Below are positions 55,297 through 64,000 of a stretch of 64,000 bases of DNA, in pieces. The translations under genes were made by a program, and so were the position numbers. Source of the stretch: Octopus vulgaris (lineage: Eukaryota); the NCBI GenBank assembly GCA_951406725.2, contig OX597815.1, forward strand, positions 86,242,001-86,306,000, in the 5' to 3' direction. The notes under the pieces were generated by a model. The model saw only the letters and a list, made by a program, of their open reading frames with translations, did not search any database and had not been told where the DNA came from. How positions within the stretch are numbered: position 1 is the first letter of the stretch; the number at the start of each line of letters is the position of its first letter.

Positions 55297-56485
55297 AACG
55301 GAGGGTACCAACTAGACGCCCCATGATGCGACCCTGCACCATCAGGTTGCCGACCGGCGTCCTCAAATGAAGTCGTACTGCCACGTGGTGTGTTTTTATT
55401 TTGCAGTGCTTCTCCCTTATTCGTCGATTTTTGCGATAGCTGAAACGAAGTAACAGCGTACTTCCGTGAAATTCTGTTTTCTATCGAGGAAAACGGCGGC
55501 CGAAGCAGCTGTCATGCTTCAAACAGATTCCATGAACGCTTCCATGAACAAAACACAAGTTTACGAGTGATTTCCACACTTTAGGAATGGTCAGTTGCCG
55601 CTTGAAGACTAATCTAGTTCAAATCGTCTGTCGACTTCCTGAACGAATGAAAACATCACGAAAATTCCTGAACTGATCTTGGAGTACCGTCGTCGAATAA
55701 TTGACGAAGTTGATATGACTATTGGATATGACTGGAGCTCCTGCCAACGAATTTTGAGCGAACAACTGCGAATGAAAAGAGTTGCAGCAAACTTTGTGCC
55801 TCATCGAAGGTCATCACAGGTGGCGAAAGCTGGTGCTACAGCAAAACAACCCGGAAACGAAGCAGCAATCAAATCAACGGTAGCATTCAATGTTACCACG
55901 CCACACAAAAGTGCATCAAATTAGGGTCCAACGTCAAGACGACGCTGATGATTTTTTTTTCGACGCGAAAAGAATTGTCCACACATAATTTTCTACTCCT
56001 GGTCAAATTATTAACCAAACATTTTACTTGGCCGCTTTGAAGCATTTGCGCGACGCGGTGAGGCAAGAACGCCCCGACCAGTGACAAAGTAGAAAATGAT
56101 AGTTTCATCACGACAATGCACCTGTATACACCACCTTGGGTGCGAGACAGTTTTTGACTAAAAATAGCATGACACTGCCTACCCACACTCCCTATTCGCC
56201 CGATCTTGCTTCCTGCGGTTTTTATCTTTTTTTGTTCCCCCGAATGAAAAAGTCCTTAAAGGAAAATGTTTTGCAGATGTGTAAAGTAAAGAGAAAAACA
56301 ATGGAGGTGCTAAAACATCCCTTCACAAGATTTCTAGGACTGCTTCGGACAGAGGAAAATGCGTCTGGATCGATGTAGTGCTTCAAATGTAGAATGCTTT
56401 GAAGGCGATAGACGTGTAAACATGTGAAACTAAGTGAATAAAATGATATTGCAAATTTTCGGTTTCTTTTGGGGACCCCCTCGTA
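55297..56485 (+). mobile_element. Mariner (DD34D-type) transposon fossil, near full length with internal deletions
   Basis: QRTSVKFCF...KTQVYE*F...LRMKRVAANFVPH...FHHDNAPV...PYSPDLASCGF(D>G)..LFPRMKKSLK; right end ccccctcg-ta, degraded left end. Confidence 0.88.
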
Positions 56486-56708
56486 TATCATGGTTGTCTA
56501 TTCGTTTGATGAGTATATCAATCGCTGACAGATAGTTTTGTGCAAGCCATCGAGTGCATATGTACATACATACAAATTAGAGCAAACACACTAGTTATTG
56601 GTATTAGTTACGGGATTGACACTAAGTGTGTGTGCGCGGATGGGTGTATGAGTGTGTGTGCGTGTGCGTGTGTGCTTGTGTGTATAGAGAGAGGAACAGA
56701 GAGTGAAA

Positions 56709-56764
<56 letters not shown>

Positions 56765-56922
56765 CGAGAAATTGAGGCTATAAGAGGTAATGGTGTCATT
56801 GTGACCCAAAGGTGTCAGGTAGTGCTGAATAAGTGCTATAGACACATCATAGTTAAGTTCCAGGTTCGGTGATTTTGCGAATAAGGGGTTCATCGTTGGT
56901 CATATGTCAGCCTGTGCATATA

Positions 56923-57467
56923 AGAATTTTTTGCGTAATGAGATAAAAAAAAACCAAGGCTGTGTAGACATTAAAACATTTATAGATAGAAGGTCTTACA
57001 GCTGTTTCCAGGATATTTGTTAATTGTATCCCTTCATCGGAGACGGTGTGAGAGGATGGTTAAGTAATAATTAATTTAGAAGGGATGCAAAATAGAGAGT
57101 GAGGTGGAGGAAAGAAAATAGATGTGAGATATTGAATGTGTAGATCCATTTTTTAGGCAGAATGGTATATATGTAAGATTCCAATACCTTATGAGAAAAA
57201 TCCAACAGCATTTAAAATTGGATTTTTCTCATAAGCTATTGGAATCTTACATATATACCATTCTGCCTAAAAAATGGATCTACAAATTCAATATCCCTAC
57301 ATATCTCACATCTATTTTCTTTCCTCCACCTCACTTTCTATTTTGTATCCCATCTAGTATTAATTGTTACTTAACCAATATCCTGAAAACAGCTGCAAGA
57401 CCTTCTATTTATAAATGTTCTAATATCTACACAGCCTTGTTCTTTTTATCTCATTACGCAAAAATTT
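56923..57467. mobile_element. Inverted (foldback) pair of PLE-type P2 terminal repeats
   Basis: Arms about 56925-57204 and 57217-57467 are reverse complements around gagaaaaatccaa-cagcatttaaaa-ttggatttttctc; intact hammerhead in left arm. Confidence 0.85.
56992..57045 (-). ncRNA. Type I hammerhead-like motif, variant core CCGAUGA
   Basis: gtct-CCGATGA-a-gggata(...)tatcct-g-GAAA-cagctg-ta-agac; stem I gtct/agac, palindromic acagctgt stem III. Confidence 0.65.
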
Positions 57468-58789
57468 ATATATATATATACATATATATATGTCAGAGAA
57501 AAGCAGTCACTTGTATATTAGGTAATATAGCGGGCATATTATTAATACACTCTGACGAATTTTCTCCATAATAAGCTATAGTTTGGGCTGAAATAACCGG
57601 AAGTAAACTATTCGGGATATTTTAGTGCTTTCGTTAACTAGATTACTGGCACGGCATTAACACTAAATTTTGTATATGTTGGTCAACTAGTGCATGTCCT
57701 TATCGTTAATATATATACGTATGTAAACACTTATGTATAGATGTAAAACATTCTTTAAAATAACCTACATCGCCTAGATTGATCCTTTTATCATTGTCAT
57801 GTATATCAGAAATCGGGTGGCAACTGTCGCGTGCAACGCCCCTGGGGGGAGCGAATTCTGAAGAATTATAGATTTCTCCATTCAGCATTGTTTGCATCTC
57901 ATTCTACTGTTGAAATACAGTCTATACTTTTCCAGTAATCTCCATCTAATAATTTTTGTGCAGTACTTTTTCCTTAACCGTTAGTGTCGCGACAATTTTG
58001 TGATAATATGTCTCTCCTGAATTTTTGAAAGTGGATTCAAGGACTAGTGGATTATGAATCTGATTTTGAAGGAGGTTTCGGTTTAATATTTTGCAAAACC
58101 TTTACAGAGCAGTGTTTTCAGACCTACATTACAAGATATAAGTCGCAATACCTTTCCATTCAGCCATGCCCAACGACTGTTATATTGCACTTCAGTACTT
58201 GGAGTGTTCTTTAACACGATACAGTTCCGTAACGGGTACGAGCTTAATTTATCTTAATATATAAGAAAATATGTGTATGTTTGTGTCTGTTAAACATATA
58301 GGTATTTAAATCTGTGTTCGTGTGTGAATTAGTGACATTACACAGTAAAACATTTTAAATCAAGCTATAACCAGCATTGATCAACAAATCAAAACACACA
58401 CCTGTCAGCGCATGTATCTGTGACAGGTGTTTTTGTTTTGCTTCTATCTACAAATACATACATGCATACATACATACATACATACATACATACATACATA
58501 CATACATACATACATACATACATACATACATACATACATACATACATACATACATGCATGCATGCACACGTGCATATATACATATATACAAATGTATGAA
58601 TTCTCATTTGTAACTATGCTCATTAGTATATTAGCCTATACATCAACAAATGTACAAAAAAACCCCACAAATAATAGGTCTTTCGAAGAGTAAAAGATAG
58701 CAACACAGGGGAGATTTATAAGACATACGAAAGCTTTTCCAATTGAGATTCTTTAGATGAATACATGCACACACCTGCAATTTATACTC

Positions 58790-58930
58790 TCGGCCCCAAC
58801 CACATGGTTCCGAGTTCAGTTTCACTCTGTAGCAGCTTTGGCAAGTATCATCTAGATTAGCCTCAGACCGACCAGAACATTCTGCGTGTATTTGGTAGGC
58901 AGAAAAGGAAGAAGCCCGTCCTGTGACTCT
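58790..58930 (+). mobile_element. SINE family A 5' half
   Basis: ccaaccacatggttccgagttcag...tttggcaagtatc...gaagaagcccgtc. Confidence 0.78.
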
Positions 58931-59023
58931 ATATATGTGTGTGTGTGTGTGTGTGAGTGCGAGTGTGTGTGCAGGCGCTTGCACGTGTGCATGTGTGTAT
59001 ATATATATGTATTTATATGTGTG

Positions 59024-59080
<57 letters not shown>

Positions 59081-59094
59081 ATGTGAGTGTGTGT

Positions 59095-60355
59095 ATGGTA
59101 CGCGAAGGAGTCATACTCTGTGACTGGTGTAACAGCACCATAATCAACTGCTACAAAGGTAAATGTGTCACCTTAAATAGAAATAATTACAGAGGTATCA
59201 AATTGTTGGAAAAGGTGAGGAAAGTCACAGAGAGGATCATAGCCCAGCTAATTAGCGAGAAAGAGAGAGAATTAGTCTAGATGAGATGCTGTCTGGGTTT
59301 GTGCCAGGCAGAAGCACCAGTGACGCTATATTTCTAGTAAGGCAACTGCATAAAATACATAGCAAAAGATAAACCTCTGTACTTGGCTTTTGTTGAGATG
59401 GAGTAAACCTTTGACAAGGTCCTCCAATTCCTTATCTGGTGGTCAATGCGAAACTAGGGATAGACGAGTGGCTGGTGAGAGCTGTAACAGCCATGTACAT
59501 GTATGCTGTCCGTAAGGTGAGGGTTGGCAATGAGTATAGCGAAGAATTCAGTGTACAAGTAAGAGTTCACCAAGGATCAGTCCTCAGCCCCTTCTTTTTT
59601 ATCAAAGTCCTTCGGGTAACAACAGAGGGATTTAAGGCAGGCTGCCTCTAGCAGCTCCTCTATGCTGATGACTTAATTCTTATAGCTGTATCACTACCAA
59701 AACTAGAGAAGTTTCAGGCGTAGAAGCAAGATCTAGAATCAAAAGGCGTCAGAGTTAGCCAACTTAGCAAAACCAATGTCTTAGTAAGTAGGAAAACAGA
59801 CAAATCATAAATCCCCATGGGTGGATGGCCCTGCTCGATCTGTAACAAATACGTAGGTAGAAACTCCATAAGATGTACCCAGTGTAAGCTATGGACACAT
59901 TAGAGGTGCATCAATAACAAAGGAAGGTTAACAGGGAAACTAGTTTTTGTGTTTGGAAGATGCACAAATACGATTAACGCTACAATGGTACAGAAAGTTG
60001 ACTCCATCAAATGCCTGGATGAGGAGGGGCAAACTAGAAGTAATTGGTAGCTTCCGTTACCTAGGTGACAAAATCAGTAGCGCTCCGAGGGCGTAGTTGC
60101 GAGAATAAGAATAGGTTGGGCAAAGTTCAGAGAGCTCCTACCTCTGTTGGTAACGAAGGATTTCTCCCTGAGAATGAAAGGCAGATTGTATGATACCTGT
60201 GTGCAAACATGCTACACGGCAGTGAAACATGGGCTGTGACTGTTGAGGACAAGCTTAGGCTTGAAAGAAATGAAGTTAGTATGCTTCACTGGATGTGCAA
60301 TGTTAGTATGCATGCATAGCAGAATATAAATGTCTTAAGAGAAAAGTTTGGCATA
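59095..60355 (+). mobile_element. RTE-clade LINE reverse transcriptase fragment with PHD-like Cys/His insert; multiple stops and frameshifts
   Basis: YKGK...NNYRGIKLL, GFVPGRSTSDAIFLVRQL, LYLAFV, VHQGSVLSP, LLYADDL (59661), SFRYLGD, HGSETWA. Confidence 0.93.
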
Positions 60356-60760
60356 AAAAAAAATTGATGGCATGTCTGGTCTTAATTACCGGTATCGACT
60401 CGCGTATCTTAATCTGTATTCCCTCCAGCGCGGCCGAGAGCGCTTTATTATTTGCATGATGTGGAAATTGTTCCGACAGTATTGCCCAAATGATATCGGT
60501 ATCACTTTTAAAATCCACCCAAGACTTGGTCCGCGTGCCATGCGCCCTCTACAGAAATCGTGTGCTCTCAGTACATCACAACACTAAGACAGAACTACTT
60601 CTCCTCAGCTGGACCTGCTCTTTTTAACATCATTCCAAAACATATAAAGGAGGAAAAAGATTTCATAACTTTGAAAAAGTTTTTGGATGAATATCTCCAA
60701 CAAATTCCAGATAAACCAGTTTCACTCGGATATACTGCTGCAAACAACAACTCTTACCAT
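60356..60760 (+). mobile_element. CR1-group LINE 3' fragment (second family) abutting the RTE fragment
   Basis: KIDGMSGLNYRYRLAYLNLYSLQRGRER...GPALFNIIPKHIK...LDEYLQQIPDKP...AANNNS, homologous in layout to the C-terminus of the 7407 ORF. Confidence 0.85.
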
Positions 60761-60991
60761 TATTATTATTAATATTACTATTATTATTAATCTTACTACT
60801 ACTATTGTATGTGTTATTTTCATATCTGGTATTATCTCTCCATCCTTCAGATGTAGTATCATTTACATTTATCTCAGCATCATCAGGCGTATCAGTAGTT
60901 CCTGTGCTAGTATGGACCTCAGAGCTACAGTCTATATTTTATATAGTATAAGCATTAGTACCACTGTTTGTATTTTCTATTCTATTTATTC

Positions 60992-61079
60992 ATGCAGCTG
61001 AGGATAGTCCTGCATTTAAATTGATGTAATGATTGCATAGTTCAATTAAATGGAGCCCCTTGAAACGGTCGTACTGCAT
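60992..61079 (+). ncRNA. Type I hammerhead ribozyme candidate with canonical core and long stem II
   Basis: atgcag-CTGAGGA-(hairpin catttaaattga/tcaattaaatg, tgtaat/attgca)-GAAA-cggtcg-TA-ctgcat; perfect 6-bp stem I. Confidence 0.72.
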
Positions 61080-61483
61080 CACCTCTTGATATCCTGTTGT
61101 TTATTTTGATTTTATACGCCCTACTTTGAGTTATAATACTTGTATTGTCCTTTTGTGCACCCTGATGATTTTTTTATCCAAGGCATTTTAAAATGCAACA
61201 TTATATATTTATGCATGATATGTAGTTTTAATTTTGGTTGTGAAAATAAAACATTTGTAGGTGAATATGGTAATTAAATGATAAATTAATTCGTTTCCAT
61301 TAGATTTCTCCGTTTTCAAACTTAATAATAACATTTGACATTTTATGATATTTCATATAATATATTCATTCAAGAAATACCACTTCAAAATACAATATAT
61401 TAAAGCAGTGTATCTCGGATAAAAGTATCCCTATAAGGGATCTAAATATCTCCATAGTGACTATATATATATATAGTTATGTA

Positions 61484-61547
<64 letters not shown>

Positions 61548-61926
61548 GATCTTTCTATCTATCGATCTTTCTATCTATCCCCGTTTCTCTCTCTGTCGCT
61601 GTCTGTCTGTCTGTATCTCTCAAATCAATAAGTAAATGTTAACTTTATTTAAGCACAGATTTGCATTGACAGTGAATGGATGAGAACTAAAGAAGTCAAG
61701 AGCAATTTCGAAACTATTTGTACCCTTTCCTGGTACTATTTATAAAATAATGACATGCTGTGTTGTTTATAGCAAAAGTGCATGTAAGTACATGTAAGTT
61801 TAAATGTTTATATATAACGAGAGCGTTCGATATTATTATTATATATGTATGCATATATATAATATATATACTACATATACATGCATATACACACACACTC
61901 TCTCACCTCTCTCTGTCTCTCTCTCG

Positions 61927-61965
<39 letters not shown>

Positions 61966-63504
61966 TGTGTGTATTTATGCTTGCGTATTTCTGTAACTAA
62001 ACATACATATATGAATATACGCATTTTTTCACATGTATATACACACACATACCCGCGCACACACACACACACATGTATGCATCTATGTATGTATGAACGT
62101 ACACTCACATCCTCGTGCACACGCACACACACATGTAGTTGTTATAAGTGTTTGTACGTGTGCGCGTATGTCAAGAGAAATGGAGAGAGAAACTGAGAAA
62201 CAGATGTTCGTGCACTGAAGTAAAGAAAGGCAGCTCGGTGTAGATTCATTTATCAGGCATTAGTTCACATAAAAGCATACGTAGAGAAATATTTTTCTGG
62301 GATTTCTTTATTGTATATGTTATTCTCCACCTACGTATATATTATTCATGCAAACGACTTCGCATTCAAATTCTCCTCATGTCACCGTTTTAAATTGCCT
62401 TACCACAGAATGCTTTTTCACTAAAATATTATATATTCTCCTATCCATTCAAATATTTGGTAAGAAAACTTATCGCTATATTTGCAAGAAATACGTATGA
62501 ATGGAATATATTTGCCGTTGTCACTCATCACTACATATCTACATTAAACTTTTAAGCAGTTATATTTCGTAGCTGTTTTTCTTTGTTTCCTTGAGAAAAA
62601 ATGTGTCATTAAATCTAATGAATTTTCTTTCTATGAGAGGTTTAATTTAAATTCATTAGAATATTTTACTCAGCTGATTATATTAAGTATCTTAGGTTTC
62701 ATATACATTTTTCCAACATTTATTTCATCAATATATCGGTACTGATAATAGGTAGTTTTAATTTTTAACTTATTGTATCTTAACGGATTGTGAAACCTAT
62801 AATGTGAATGTCTAGAAAAGAATCACAAAGAAGTAGTTATTATTTTCCGAATCTAATGCTTTAGTTGGGTTTCGTTACTTTTACAAATTTGCTAATCACC
62901 ATTTTCCAAGAACAGAACATTAAAATACTTCTGCTATGTCTGAATAACCGACTGCGGCAGCAATGTTGATTGCAGAAAGCAAGAAGACAAGGATAAAGAA
63001 GTGAAGAGTGGAAAGAGAGTGAAAGCGAATGATAGAATGTAATTCTAACGTAGTGAGTGTGAAAGGCATAATAGAAGACGAAAAATAGAGAGTGACTGAG
63101 AGGCGGAGTGGAACAAGGTGGAAGATGGAGGAAGGGAATGTTAATGTGATAAACAGAAAAGGATCAGGTAAACTGTAAATAGTATATCATTTACAGTTCA
63201 GCACAAATCTCAAGGAAGTTCCAGGAATGTTCTTGTAATAGAATAATTTTGTTTCCTGCGTACATATTGCAGACAATAGCAGCATCAGATTCAACATTCT
63301 TGCCCATAGAGACATATACACAGCTATATAGATGCCCAAAATAAAGCACCTGCAATCTCACATACCTAGATTGCTCCCGCCCACTCACTCACTCTCTCAC
63401 ATCCTTTCTCTGTAAATTTAAATATACGTATGTATGCATGCATGCATGCATGTATGTATGTATGTATGTATGTATGTATGTATGTATGTATGTATGTATG
63501 TATG

Positions 63505-63553
<49 letters not shown>

Positions 63554-63664
63554 AGAGAGAGAGAGAGAGAGAGAGTGATAGACAGACAGACAAACAGAGA
63601 GTGAGCACTCTGTATATGTGGGTGTATCTCTTAGAGAATGTGTGTGAGTATATACACGTACAAA

Positions 63665-63695
<31 letters not shown>

Positions 63696-63782
63696 TTATA
63701 TATATATATATGTACATACATATATGTATGTATATATGCATATATTATATAGATATATATATACACACATGCATGGATATAT

Positions 63783-63953
63783 AGACGCAAGAGTGGTTGC
63801 GTGATAAGAAGCTTATTTCTTAAACACACAACCAAATGGTTCCTGGTTCAGCCACACTGCGTGGCACTTTGGGTAAGTGACTTCTACTATAACTTCCGGA
63901 CAATCAAAGCATTGTGAGTGGAGTTGGTAGACTGTAACTGAAAGAATCCCGTC

Positions 63954-63956
<3 letters not shown>
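63783..63956 (+). mobile_element. SINE family A 5' half running into (TA)n at the window end
   Basis: agacgcaagagtggttgcgtgataagaagctt...ggtagactgtaactgaaagaatcccgtcgtatata. Confidence 0.85.
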
Positions 63957-63994
<38 letters not shown>

Positions 63995-64000
63995 CAATTA

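Noticed and set aside
63197-63349. Possible minus-strand exon (ttgcag/G ... /gtaaat) with two open frames
   Set aside because: Weak polypyrimidine tract and donor, and no recognisable protein similarity; cannot be supported without RNA data.

Overview
AT-rich, microsatellite-saturated eukaryotic DNA. The SINE families and repeat landscape suggest a coleoid cephalopod, probably Octopus (inference). I could not identify any host protein-coding exon with confidence, and almost all ORFs in the track are translations of microsatellites. The window is a graveyard of mobile elements: at least four tRNA-derived SINE types, fragments of LINEs from four clades (CR1-group, RTE, R4/Dong-type RLE, L1/Tx1), Penelope-like elements (PLEs, one with an uninterrupted 469-codon RT-C/GIY-YIG frame), two DD34D mariner fossils, a hAT fossil and a hAT MITE with an 8-bp TSD. 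The most interesting signals are: (i) about nine minimal type I hammerhead-ribozyme-like motifs in PLE-type termini, several with non-canonical cores (CCGAUGA, CCGACGA, CUGUUGA) and palindromic stem III; (ii) a SINE/LINE pair sharing a 3' stem-loop with compensatory base changes; (iii) apparent partitioning of retroelements among microsatellite types (TA, TAA, GATA); (iv) a PHD-finger-like insert inside an RTE reverse transcriptase. These extend known retroelement biology; I cannot claim a wholly new system from sequence alone.
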